This document shows positions 9,619-18,450 of a stretch of DNA of 64,000 nucleotides, piece by piece. Made by a program: the position numbers and the translations under genes. The number at the start of each line of letters is the position of its first letter. Position 1 is the stretch's first letter. The notes under the pieces are model-generated. The model was not told where the DNA came from, made no database searches, and saw only the letters and a program-made list of their open reading frames with translations. Source of the stretch: an uncultured Victivallis sp. (GTDB lineage: Bacteria; Verrucomicrobiota; Lentisphaeria; Victivallales; GWF2-50-93). Location: contig CAZRKP010000004.1 of the NCBI GenBank assembly GCA_964600895.1, positions 125,321-189,320 on the forward strand, written 5' to 3'.

Positions 9619-11064
9619 TTAATTTTTCGTCTTCCACATGCAGTTCCTGGAATCACCGATCCCGAATACCCAGTCAGCATCCTGGGAAGCTGTGACCTTC
9701 ATCAAGGCAATGAACTCATATGCTCCCGATGAGAGTTCCACGTCCATGAAATGGCCTTGGCCCGCCCTGTGGAACGATGGTATCATCTTCCCTTTGCCCT
9801 CGAAAAGGAATTTCCCGTCCATGTACACAGCTCCATCCATCATGCTGCTCAACATGATCCTTCCCTTGAATCCTTCCTTCACAGCAACGGAATATCGCAC
9901 TGCAACAGCTCTGCCTTTGTGGGCTTCCTTTGGAACATATGCATAATTGCCAGGGAATACGATAGGATTCATTGATTTTCCGATACCATTAATATCTTCC
10001 TTCGTGCATTTCTCAAAATTTGCTATTCTGCTTGGATCGACAAATGAAATTTCTGCAGATACCATTGAAGGTTCCGCAGATTCCTGAAAATGGTTTGAAG
10101 CCTTGAGCCTGTCAGCAAGACTCGACACCATATCGGTAAAGCCGTCAAGTGTCGGTGGATGCTTGATTCCTGTTATCTGCTTGTTCAGGACAAGATTCCT
10201 TCCTATCGGCTTCAGCCATTTATCATCTATCCTGTCAGGATAAAGTATTCCGAATATCGCTCCGGCAGTCGCACCGGTGCAATCGGTATCCTTTCCGCAG
10301 TTCACCGCATAGCATATTGTCTTTCCGAAATCTCCTTTGCCGGCAAGAAGCCCCAGCACCGTGAATCCGATGTTCTGGATGGTGTCAGTGAAATTCGGAT
10401 GACCGTATTTGGCCAGGATCATCTCCCTGACCTTCATCAGGTCTCCGTACAGTTTCCACCATTCCATTGTGTCGATGGCGACACCTCTTATTTTCGAATC
10501 AAGAGGTAGGTAGGAAGCGGATTTCAGGATTATCAGTTCCAGATCGCTTTCGCGGAAACAAAGGGATTCCATCACGGAGAAGAACATTTCTGCCCAGATG
10601 CCGTCGCCGGAATGATCAGTGCAGGCGTCCTCATAGGCGTATTGCGCTGCAAGCATTGGATTACCCGGAGCGAGACATGCCCAGAGTTCGCTCCTGATCG
10701 CCGCACCCATCCCGTTGTAGAACCAGTTGTCGCAGATCCCGGAAAATGGAGGACGGATCCCGTTCCTGAGGTTGCGGATGCAGACACCATATTCGTCCCA
10801 TGGGAATTCGACATGTTTCAGCCAGGCGTCCGCGATTATGTTCTTGTCCACTTTCGGCTCATTCATGCCGTCCATCACACAAGCCCATAGCACCTGCAGA
10901 TCGAGATCGTCGTTGGGGAGCATCGTCGTGGGAACCGGATCATAGTAACTATACGTAAGAGGTCCGTCCTTACCTTCACATGGGCCGCCTAGCGTTCCAC
11001 CTGCGGCCTTTCCCAGCCAGCATCCAAGGACTTTTTTCCTGTATTCAGATTTGCTCAACTTCAT
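9619..11064 (-). CDS. ADP-ribosylglycohydrolase-family protein with about 170-aa C-terminal extension
   Basis: Motifs: KVLGCWLGKAAGGTLGGPCEG, DDLDLQVLW, GKDTDCTGATAGAIFGILY. GGAGGA RBS. No signal peptide. Confidence 0.8.
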   Translation of the reverse strand: MKLSKSEYRKKVLGCWLGKAAGGTLGGPCEGKDGPLTYSYYDPVPTTMLPNDDLDLQVLWACVMDGMNEPKVDKNIIADAWLKHVEFPWDEYGVCIRNLRNGIRPPFSGICDNWFYNGMGAAIRSELWACLAPGNPMLAAQYAYEDACTDHSGDGIWAEMFFSVMESLCFRESDLELIILKSASYLPLDSKIRGVAIDTMEWWKLYGDLMKVREMILAKYGHPNFTDTIQNIGFTVLGLLAGKGDFGKTICYAVNCGKDTDCTGATAGAIFGILYPDRIDDKWLKPIGRNLVLNKQITGIKHPPTLDGFTDMVSSLADRLKASNHFQESAEPSMVSAEISFVDPSRIANFEKCTKEDINGIGKSMNPIVFPGNYAYVPKEAHKGRAVAVRYSVAVKEGFKGRIMLSSMMDGAVYMDGKFLFEGKGKMIPSFHRAGQGHFMDVELSSGAYEFIALMKVTASQDADWVFGIGDSRNCMWKTKN

Positions 11065-11197
11065 GGTATCTTCCTCCGAGTTTGTTTTCTTACTGGGCTT
11101 AAAATACTGCGGAGGAAAAAATCATGCCGTGACAAAAGTGACAATTGATAGCACGAAATTGCCAAAAGAGATAGATGGAGACAGGAAGGCTGATTTA

Positions 11198-12109
11198 TTA
11201 TCGGGCATCCTTGACAGAAACATAGCTCCTGAAGCGTTTCGGTGGAACGCCTGTGAATTTCCTGAATGCCCTGGAGAAATAGTTTGCATCTTCGAAGCCA
11301 CAGGCCAATGCGACTTCGGACAGAGGCATGTCGGTCCTTTCCCTTAGCAGACGGCTCGCCTTCGAGATCCTTATCCTTAATAGATATTGGATAGGCGTGC
11401 ATCCCGCGGTCCTGCTGAAATACCGGATGAAGGATCTTTTCGACATGCAGGCCACGGAACAGAGCTTCTCAAGGCTTATGTCCTCGTGGCAGTGCGTCTG
11501 CATGTATGGGAAGACCTTGCCAAGTCCGCTCCATCTGCTTTCAACCCTTGCATCCCTGCTTTCCGAATACCTGCATGCGGTTATCAGCAGCTGCAAAAGG
11601 AGCAGTGATGACATTTCATCGGAGGCGGCGTCCGGCTGGAACTGCTCCCTTTCGATCCTGTTGACCAGCAAAAGGCACTCATCAAGTCTTTCAATGGTAA
11701 GATTCGCAGGCTGGATGAAGCGACCAGTGAGCATATGGGAGAAAAGAGTCCTGTATCCATGGCAAAGCGAAAGCACGTTTTTCCTGTCAGTTATGAAGTC
11801 TTTCCGGATCAGGACGTTGATCAGCTTGAAGTCCCTGCAGTCCTGATATGCATGTTTCATGCTGCTGTCGACAAGGAAGAATGTACCTGGCTCGATCCTG
11901 ATCTTGGTCTTTCCGAACACATGAGTCGCGGATCCTCCGATTACGAACACAAGCTCGTTGAAATCGTGGGTGTGCTGGACGGTGTCGGCCTGGTTGACCC
12001 TCTGAACGATCACAGACGAGTTCTCCCCGCCGAGGCAGAGCTTGCTGAACAGATACCGTGTGTAACTTCCTGGACGGTTTTGCGGAATACTCTTGATTTT
12101 AAGCGCCAT
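11198..12109 (-). CDS. AraC family transcriptional regulator (cupin plus HTH)
   Basis: N-terminal cupin-like region HTHDFNELVFVIGGSATH. C-terminal AraC HTH: LSEVALACGFEDANYFSRAFRKFTGVPPKRFR. Confidence 0.9.
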   Translation of the reverse strand: MALKIKSIPQNRPGSYTRYLFSKLCLGGENSSVIVQRVNQADTVQHTHDFNELVFVIGGSATHVFGKTKIRIEPGTFFLVDSSMKHAYQDCRDFKLINVLIRKDFITDRKNVLSLCHGYRTLFSHMLTGRFIQPANLTIERLDECLLLVNRIEREQFQPDAASDEMSSLLLLQLLITACRYSESRDARVESRWSGLGKVFPYMQTHCHEDISLEKLCSVACMSKRSFIRYFSRTAGCTPIQYLLRIRISKASRLLRERTDMPLSEVALACGFEDANYFSRAFRKFTGVPPKRFRSYVSVKDAR

Positions 12110-12258
12110 CTTGCAGATATCCTCGTTTTTGCTAATGTAAATAGTTTGGCAAGAAAGTCCAGTAATTTGGCGATTTTATGCTTTGGCCCGGATATCGGCA
12201 CATATATAATAATGGCAAGAAAAAACTAAAGGGCACCTCTTAATATGAGGAGATTGAT

Positions 12259-13863
12259 ATGACATTCGCATCAGCATTCTTGTCGGCATCGTTCGGATTC
12301 CTTCTCCTGTCCGCAATTGACTCCCGGGCTCAGGCCCAGGCAGCCGCTGAACCGTCAGTCGGTAATGTGGTTTTGAAACTGGACTTCGACAAGCAGGAGG
12401 ACAGGGAGAAATTCACAAAGGCACCGTGGGCCAAATGGGTGAAGGACGGGGAAAACGGACCGACAGTCCTATTCGTAGATGTTCCGGCAACTGAGAAGCC
12501 CGGACACAACAAGATAAATATGCCGTTCGATGTCAGTGCATATCGCGGCACCTCCCTCTGCTTCCAGTGCATGGCAAAGGCGGAGAAGGTAACACAGCCC
12601 CCACAAACATACAATGGCGTGAAGTTCATGATGCATACTGTATCCACCTCCTCCGGGCAAAGCTGGAAGAACCAGGATAAGGTGTTTGGGACTTTTGATT
12701 GGAAAAAACTTTCCTTCACAGTACCGATCCCCGATGATTTTGTAAAAGGCGATATTGCTCTCGGGCTTGAGAACAGCACCGGCAAAGTATGGTTCAAGGA
12801 TATCAAGGTGTTCGTCGCCCGGACAAAGGCTCCACCGCGCCCTGCACCGATGGCCAATCCCCCTCCGATGTACAAGGGACACGACCTTCCGCGTCTGCGC
12901 GGGACAATGTCACCGAATCACTTCAGCGACGAGGACATGCGCGTCCTCGGGCAGGAGTGGAAGGCAAACTTGATACGCTGGCAGATGACCAGGTCCTGGG
13001 GTCAGGCGAATGTCGGACGCGACCTTGCCGACTACGACAAGTGGCTTGATGGAAAGCTCGAAGACCTCGACAAGGCTCTTGTGGCCTGCAAGAAATACGG
13101 GATCAAGGTTGTCATCGACCTTCACAGTCCCCCCGGAGGCCGTTACGAAGACAGCTCGATGGCGATGCTGCGCGAAAAGGAATTTCAGGATCATTTCGTG
13201 AAGGTATGGGAGAAGATTGCCACACGTTACAAGGGAAATCCTGCCGTGTGGGCATACGATCTTATCAACGAGCCTGTCAGCGGGGAACCCTCCACGGATG
13301 GACTTGCCGACTATCTCGGAATACAGGTACTTGCCGCGAAGGCGATCAGGAAGATCGATCCTGACACTCCTATCATCATAGAATCTGACAGTTGGGACAG
13401 CCCGGAGGCGTTTTCGTATCTGCAACCTGTGGACGTCAAGAATGTCATATATCAGGCGCACATGTATTATCCGGGCACATTCACTCACCAGGGAGTGAAC
13501 AACAATCCGGACAGCAACGTTTCATATCCTGGAATGATCAACGGAAAGATGTGCGACAAGGAGGCTCTGAGGAAATACCTCCAGCCGGTCCGCGACTTCC
13601 AGCTCGCATATAATGTCCATATCTATATAGGTGAGTTCAGCGCCATCCGCTGGGCGCCCGGCGACAGCGCCTACAATTATTTAAAAGACTGTATCGAGAT
13701 CTTCGAGGAATACGGCTGGGATTGGAGCTACCACGCGTTCCGCGAGTGGAACGGCTGGAGCGTAGAATATGGGCCGGACAAGAACGACAACCAGCCCGCG
13801 AAGGAAGAGACCAGCCGCAAGAAGCTTCTTCTTGAATGGTTCTCCAAGAACAAGAAACCGTGA
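12259..13863 (+). CDS. glycoside hydrolase family 5 with N-terminal CBM-like jelly-roll domain, exported
   Basis: GAGGAG RBS and a signal peptide. Motifs: VVIDLHSPPGG, WAYDLINEP (acid/base NEP), IYIGEFSAIRW (nucleophile E), FEEYGWDWSYHAF. Confidence 0.85.
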   Translation: MTFASAFLSASFGFLLLSAIDSRAQAQAAAEPSVGNVVLKLDFDKQEDREKFTKAPWAKWVKDGENGPTVLFVDVPATEKPGHNKINMPFDVSAYRGTSLCFQCMAKAEKVTQPPQTYNGVKFMMHTVSTSSGQSWKNQDKVFGTFDWKKLSFTVPIPDDFVKGDIALGLENSTGKVWFKDIKVFVARTKAPPRPAPMANPPPMYKGHDLPRLRGTMSPNHFSDEDMRVLGQEWKANLIRWQMTRSWGQANVGRDLADYDKWLDGKLEDLDKALVACKKYGIKVVIDLHSPPGGRYEDSSMAMLREKEFQDHFVKVWEKIATRYKGNPAVWAYDLINEPVSGEPSTDGLADYLGIQVLAAKAIRKIDPDTPIIIESDSWDSPEAFSYLQPVDVKNVIYQAHMYYPGTFTHQGVNNNPDSNVSYPGMINGKMCDKEALRKYLQPVRDFQLAYNVHIYIGEFSAIRWAPGDSAYNYLKDCIEIFEEYGWDWSYHAFREWNGWSVEYGPDKNDNQPAKEETSRKKLLLEWFSKNKKP

Positions 13864-13911
13864 AGAAGGGTCGTCGGTCGCCAGTTGTCAGTGCAAGAGG
13901 GAGGACAGCAA

Positions 13912-14721
13912 GTGAAATATTTTCGATGTAGATTTTCAATTTTCGATTTGAAGAGAAATGATCCTGGATCCAAGATCCAAGATGCCAGATATTTTAATCC
14001 GGTATCCAGCATCCAGTATCCAGCATCAGCATTCACTCTTATCGAGCTTCTCTTGGTGATTGCAATCATCGGGATACTTGCCGCCTTGATGCTGCCTGCT
14101 CTTAGGAACGCCAAGGAGATGAGCAAGCGTATTGCCTGTTTAAATATTGAACGACAAATAGGCCTGGCGGGAAGTTCCTATTCTGATGACCACAATGGAT
14201 ACTGGGTCCCCTGTGGCCCCTGTAACGGAACCAGCGCCTGGTATAAAAATGCCAGCCTTATGCAATCCCTGGGAGTACCAACACATCCAGCCGATTACGC
14301 ATACTGGACCGGGGATTTTGTCTGTCCCAATGCAACTCTGTCATTCAAAACTGTGCAAACAAATGGAGGGCGGAATTATTACCATATTGCATTTTCATTT
14401 GGAGCCCCATACTACTACGATATCCCAAACAGCACCTACGTCCCATTTCTCACTAGACAGGTCAAGAATCCGGCAAACAGAATGGCCTGGGCGGATGGAA
14501 CTGACTGGGATCTCAACATGTATCAGACATATTATCCTGACAACTACGGCAAGTATGGCGAACAGCATTCGGTCCCGCTGGGAATTGTGTGCATAACAGC
14601 CTACAGGCATCCGGGAATCTCGGCGAACCTCGTCTATTTCGACCTCCATGCAGAATCCTTGCCCTGGAGGGAAATTTACGCAAAAAGCAATTCATCAAAA
14701 TTGTATGATCCTGTCAACTGA
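13912..14721 (+). CDS. prepilin-type N-terminal domain protein, H-X9-DG-like, with long repeat-encoded leader (P2)
   Basis: The ORF-track start at 13885 is TTG. I prefer GTG at 13912, preceded by GAGGGAGGA with a 6-nt spacer. Leader: ...[20 protein letters not shown]|[30 protein letters not shown]-terminal motif [19 protein letters not shown]. Confidence 0.85.
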   Translation: MKYFRCRFSIFDLKRNDPGSKIQDARYFNPVSSIQYPASAFTLIELLLVIAIIGILAALMLPALRNAKEMSKRIACLNIERQIGLAGSSYSDDHNGYWVPCGPCNGTSAWYKNASLMQSLGVPTHPADYAYWTGDFVCPNATLSFKTVQTNGGRNYYHIAFSFGAPYYYDIPNSTYVPFLTRQVKNPANRMAWADGTDWDLNMYQTYYPDNYGKYGEQHSVPLGIVCITAYRHPGISANLVYFDLHAESLPWREIYAKSNSSKLYDPVN

Positions 14722-14735
14722 TTAGGAGAGGGATA

Positions 14736-16079
14736 ATGAAAAATAGAATTAATTCGATTGTTTTGTTTATTATGCTTGCAGGGACCGTTAGATCATTCGG
14801 CGGTGAAGTCGTCATAAAGGAGGATTTCAGCAAGGCTCCTTCCAAGATCAGCTCATGGGAATCACGGTGGGAGTTGAAGGATGAATCCATCAGGACCAAG
14901 GACGGGCTCAATGCGTATTCCTCCCTGCTGATGGGGAACCTTAATCTGGATTTGAACCAAATATCTGTGGGTTTCAAGATCAGACAGAACCAGCTTGATC
15001 CAAAAGGGGGCCTATTTGGAGTGAAGTTGAATGCAGGCAAGGGAAACCAGCTTCATTTCTTCTACCAGAACAGCCTGATGCGCTGTATCCAGACAGTAGG
15101 AGGGAAAAAATATGAAACTGAGAATTTCGGCAAGCTTGCTTCCCCACTGCCGGAGGGAAAGGATGTCCCGTGGACAGATGTTTCATTCTCTATCGCAAAT
15201 TCGACGATTAAGTCGACAGTAAATGGAAAGGAAGTCGGAAGCATTGCTCTTAAGACGGACTGGAATTTGAAACTCCCTGTGACAGATCTTGATTTTCACT
15301 CATACCACGCCGATGTCAGTTTTGATGATCTGTCTGTCGTTTCAGCAGAGATCACCGCAAAGGCCGAGATACAGCCCGGAGATAAGAACCTGTCCCAGAT
15401 GGATGTGGCAGATAAACAGGCCTCAGCAAAGGGGCTGAACGATTACCGGATACTTTTCATCGGAGACAGCATTACCAGGCATGGATTTTCCAAGAAAACT
15501 GTCAGCGAATTGGGATGGGATCATCTTGCCGGGATGGCGGCGACCAGGGAGGAGAACGACTACGCCCATCTCCTCTCAGCAAAGATCCAGGCGCTTATGC
15601 CGGAAAAGAAAGTTGATTTGCAGTTCCACAACAAAGGAGGGAGCGGTTCCGCGGCCCAGCGCCTGTCCGCAATAGCTGAGTTTGCGAATCTCGCAGCCGA
15701 CCTGGTAGTTGTCCAGCTCGGGGAACATGAGAAGGAAGCCGATGGCGCAGAGGCGCTGGAAAAGAATTACAGGAAGCTTCTGGAAGCGATACGGGCCTGG
15801 CCCTCCAAACCGGTTGTCATCTGCACTGGCGTCTGGAATCCATACAAGGCCGGGGAAAAGAAATCTTATGACGGATGGACTCGTAAAGCTGAGGACACGA
15901 TGCAGGGAGTCTGCAAGAGCATGTCAATACCTTTCGCATCCGTTGAAAAATATGCTCTTGATCCTGAATGCAGTGGAACGGGAACGTCCAGTGGTGTAAA
16001 GTGGCATCCGAACGACAAGGGCATGCAGGGATACGCCGATGCGATATTCGCAGCTTTCGAGGAGAGCAGGAAGAAATAG
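14736..16079 (+). CDS. exported LamG/ConA-like domain plus SGNH/GDSL esterase
   Basis: AGGAGAGG RBS and a signal peptide. C-terminal SGNH blocks: ILFIGDSITRHG, NKGGSGSAAQ, VVQLGEHE, WHPNDKGMQGYA. Confidence 0.8.
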   Translation: MKNRINSIVLFIMLAGTVRSFGGEVVIKEDFSKAPSKISSWESRWELKDESIRTKDGLNAYSSLLMGNLNLDLNQISVGFKIRQNQLDPKGGLFGVKLNAGKGNQLHFFYQNSLMRCIQTVGGKKYETENFGKLASPLPEGKDVPWTDVSFSIANSTIKSTVNGKEVGSIALKTDWNLKLPVTDLDFHSYHADVSFDDLSVVSAEITAKAEIQPGDKNLSQMDVADKQASAKGLNDYRILFIGDSITRHGFSKKTVSELGWDHLAGMAATREENDYAHLLSAKIQALMPEKKVDLQFHNKGGSGSAAQRLSAIAEFANLAADLVVVQLGEHEKEADGAEALEKNYRKLLEAIRAWPSKPVVICTGVWNPYKAGEKKSYDGWTRKAEDTMQGVCKSMSIPFASVEKYALDPECSGTGTSSGVKWHPNDKGMQGYADAIFAAFEESRKK

Positions 16080-16097
16080 TATTTGAAGGGGAATCTT

Positions 16098-16796
16098 ATG
16101 AGAAGACCTTTCACATTGATCGAACTGTTGGTGGTAATTGCGATCATCGCGATTCTCGCGTCCCTTCTGCTTCCTGCGCTCCAAAAGACCAGATCCACTG
16201 CAAGAAGCATCGTCTGCATCAACAATGAATGCCAGTTGGTCAAAGCAGCTGAACTCTACAACGGCGATTGGGATGGATTCAATGTTCCGAGCTTCTCTCC
16301 CACCGGTGAAAAGACAATGCCAGATCTGCGCAACTGGACAGCATTCCTCCGTGAATACCTGGGATGCAAGAGGACCACCAATTTCACCAAAGCTGATGAT
16401 CTCGCCATAGCTGCTTGCCCTGAGAAGCCGCTCCGATTCGGCTACGGTCATAATGGTGGAAACCTGGGCTGGATCAATGTGAACAATGTGAATCCAAATT
16501 TCTCATTCTGGACCAAGATAACATCTGCCAACAACCCTTCGAAGACGGTGATATTTGTCGACAGCGTGGCTCCGGGCGGAAGCAGCGATGACTGGGACTG
16601 CGGAAGATGGAAACCCCATGTCCGCGGCGGTGACAGCGCACTCACCGATTCTGTCGTGGAATTCAGGCATTCATCAAACACCGGCTGTAACGCAGGCTGG
16701 CTTGACGGACATGCAGAATCCAGGAAATACGGTGATGGACTTGTTGCGCCAGGAGTCATCGCTTCCGAAAAGGAATGGTGGGATCTGAAAAAATAA
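16098..16796 (+). CDS. prepilin-type N-terminal domain protein, H-X9-DG-like (P3)
   Basis: The ORF-track start at 16083 is TTG. ATG at 16098 has GGGGA upstream. N-terminus MRRP|[30 protein letters not shown]-terminal motif [17 protein letters not shown]. Confidence 0.9.
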   Translation: MRRPFTLIELLVVIAIIAILASLLLPALQKTRSTARSIVCINNECQLVKAAELYNGDWDGFNVPSFSPTGEKTMPDLRNWTAFLREYLGCKRTTNFTKADDLAIAACPEKPLRFGYGHNGGNLGWINVNNVNPNFSFWTKITSANNPSKTVIFVDSVAPGGSSDDWDCGRWKPHVRGGDSALTDSVVEFRHSSNTGCNAGWLDGHAESRKYGDGLVAPGVIASEKEWWDLKK

Positions 16797-16808
16797 AAAG
16801 GAAGAAAC

Positions 16809-17906
16809 ATGATAAGATGCATAGCGTTGTTTTCAGCTGCGATCTTCGCAGTTTCAGCCATTTCGGCGGAATCTCAGGAAAAAACAGGAGACATGAGGCT
16901 CAGGGGATTCACCGTCGACAAATTGCTCCCTGAGAACCTGGAGTCCATGAAGAAGGACTGGAACGCAAACTCGGTAAGGGTCATGCTCAGGCCGAACTTC
17001 GTATCCACCCAGAACAAGATGAAGACATATTCCGAAGGCTGGGACAAACTGGTGAAGGAAATGCCTGCATATCTGGACAAGGCGGCAGAACTCAGGATCG
17101 GAGTAATTCTAGATCTCCACGAGGTGCCGAATGATAACCAGAAGACATACGGTTCCGACAGGAAGAAACAGAAATCGGAATTCTGGCATGACAGAAGCAA
17201 TCTTGATGTCGCGGTGAAATGTTGGAAGCAGATCGCGGAGCTATGCAAGGGAAGGAAGCAGGTGATCTGGTATGACATCCTGAATGAGCCACTCGACTGG
17301 GAGGATTTCCCGAAATATGTGAAGGTCTGGCCGGAATGGGCGCAGACGATGATCGATGAGATAAGGAAGATTGATGCTGAGAAGGCTGTGGTCGTCGAGG
17401 TCGGGCCCGGCGGACTGTGCTGGGGATTCAAGGATTTTCCGGTCCTCAAGGGTGCAAACATAATCTATTCCACTCACCAGTACCAACCTCACCAGTATAC
17501 GCACCAGGGCATCTCCGGGCTCAATAACACCGATCTTGCCAAGGCATATCTCAAGATGCAGCAGAAATGGCCAGGAGAGTTTTCGGATACCGGCGGTGGC
17601 ATGTGGGACAAGGCTAGGCTGTACAAGGAGCTTGCCCCCATGATCAAGTTCCAGAAAAAGAACAATGTGAGGATATATATCAGCGAGTTCGGAGTGGTCA
17701 GATGGTCACCGAATTCTGCGGATTATGTCAAGGACAACCTGGAGATATTCGAGGAGTTTGGATGGGACTGGTCGTTCCATGCCTACAAGGAGAATCCGAT
17801 CTGGGATCCGGAATATGAACCTGTGTTCGGAGATAACGTCAAGGCAAAGGAGACCACTCCGGTCGGAACGATCCTTAAGAAGTTCTTTGAGAAAAACTGG
17901 AAGTAA
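16809..17906 (+). CDS. glycoside hydrolase family 5, exported (paralog of the catalytic domain of 12259..13863)
   Basis: Motifs: VILDLHEVP, WYDILNEP, IYISEFGVVRW, FEEFGWDWSFHAY. Signal peptide MIRCIALFSAAIFAVSAISA. Confidence 0.85.
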   Translation: MIRCIALFSAAIFAVSAISAESQEKTGDMRLRGFTVDKLLPENLESMKKDWNANSVRVMLRPNFVSTQNKMKTYSEGWDKLVKEMPAYLDKAAELRIGVILDLHEVPNDNQKTYGSDRKKQKSEFWHDRSNLDVAVKCWKQIAELCKGRKQVIWYDILNEPLDWEDFPKYVKVWPEWAQTMIDEIRKIDAEKAVVVEVGPGGLCWGFKDFPVLKGANIIYSTHQYQPHQYTHQGISGLNNTDLAKAYLKMQQKWPGEFSDTGGGMWDKARLYKELAPMIKFQKKNNVRIYISEFGVVRWSPNSADYVKDNLEIFEEFGWDWSFHAYKENPIWDPEYEPVFGDNVKAKETTPVGTILKKFFEKNWK

Positions 17907-17982
17907 ATTTTGCCACCCTCCTTCGCTGCTCTGGAGGAGGATTACGGAGGTAGGCAGGCAGATAAATTCATATTAAAATATT

Positions 17983-18216
17983 CTCACACTGAGACACAGA
18001 GACACAAAGTTAAGAATTTATTTGACAGGATAACAGGATTAACAGGATTATAAAATATTCCTGCATGGCAGGAAACTTTTCATATAAAGGATATGGGCTG
18101 GAAAGAAGGACTGCCCGGAAGCGACGTCGTTTCCGGACAGTCCCTTTCTTCAGCCCATATTTTATTTATCTAAACCCATGTATTCTTAACTTGGTGCCTC
18201 TGTGTCTCCGTGGTTA
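17983..18216. repeat. MITE-like nested-palindrome element
   Basis: Outer 35-nt inverted arms lie at 17983-18017 (ctcacactgagacacagagacacaaagttaagaat) and 18182-18216; I count about 28/35 complementary positions. Inside are tandem aacaggatt 9-mers (18031-18049), a 7-bp stem hairpin (18058-18074) and a 70-nt loop-less palindrome at 18091-18160 centred on gacgtc, with 29/35 positions complementary by my count. Confidence 0.5.
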
Positions 18217-18450
18217 ATGCTTTCCTGCGTCTCAGCGTCGCTGCGCGAGAATGCATTTACTATTAGTCAGTGAAAGTCTGTGGCAGAATGTTCTTGCTTT
18301 TCATGTTCAACGCAGTACCTTCTCCGCGGTCATGGCATTCTTCTTTCTTTTGTTTTGTAGCTAAAGTGAATTTAAGGGGAGTGCCATGGCTTTTTATACC
18401 TCTGTCGCCTGTCCTAAGCAACATCGAAGGGGCTGCCATCTGTCATCTGA

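Noticed and set aside
18031-18049. CRISPR array or other spacer-repeat structure (tandem 9-mers at 18031-18049; heptamer arrays at 13967-14030 and 50062-50132).
   Set aside because: The units are 7-9 nt with no unique spacers between them, and there are no cas genes. They are far too short for CRISPR repeats.
18021-18056. A sigma70-type promoter: TTGACA (18022-18027) followed by TATAAA/TAAAAT inside the MITE-like element.
   Set aside because: The spacing between the hexamers is about 21 nt, outside the 16-18 nt window. PVC-type promoter consensus is also uncertain.
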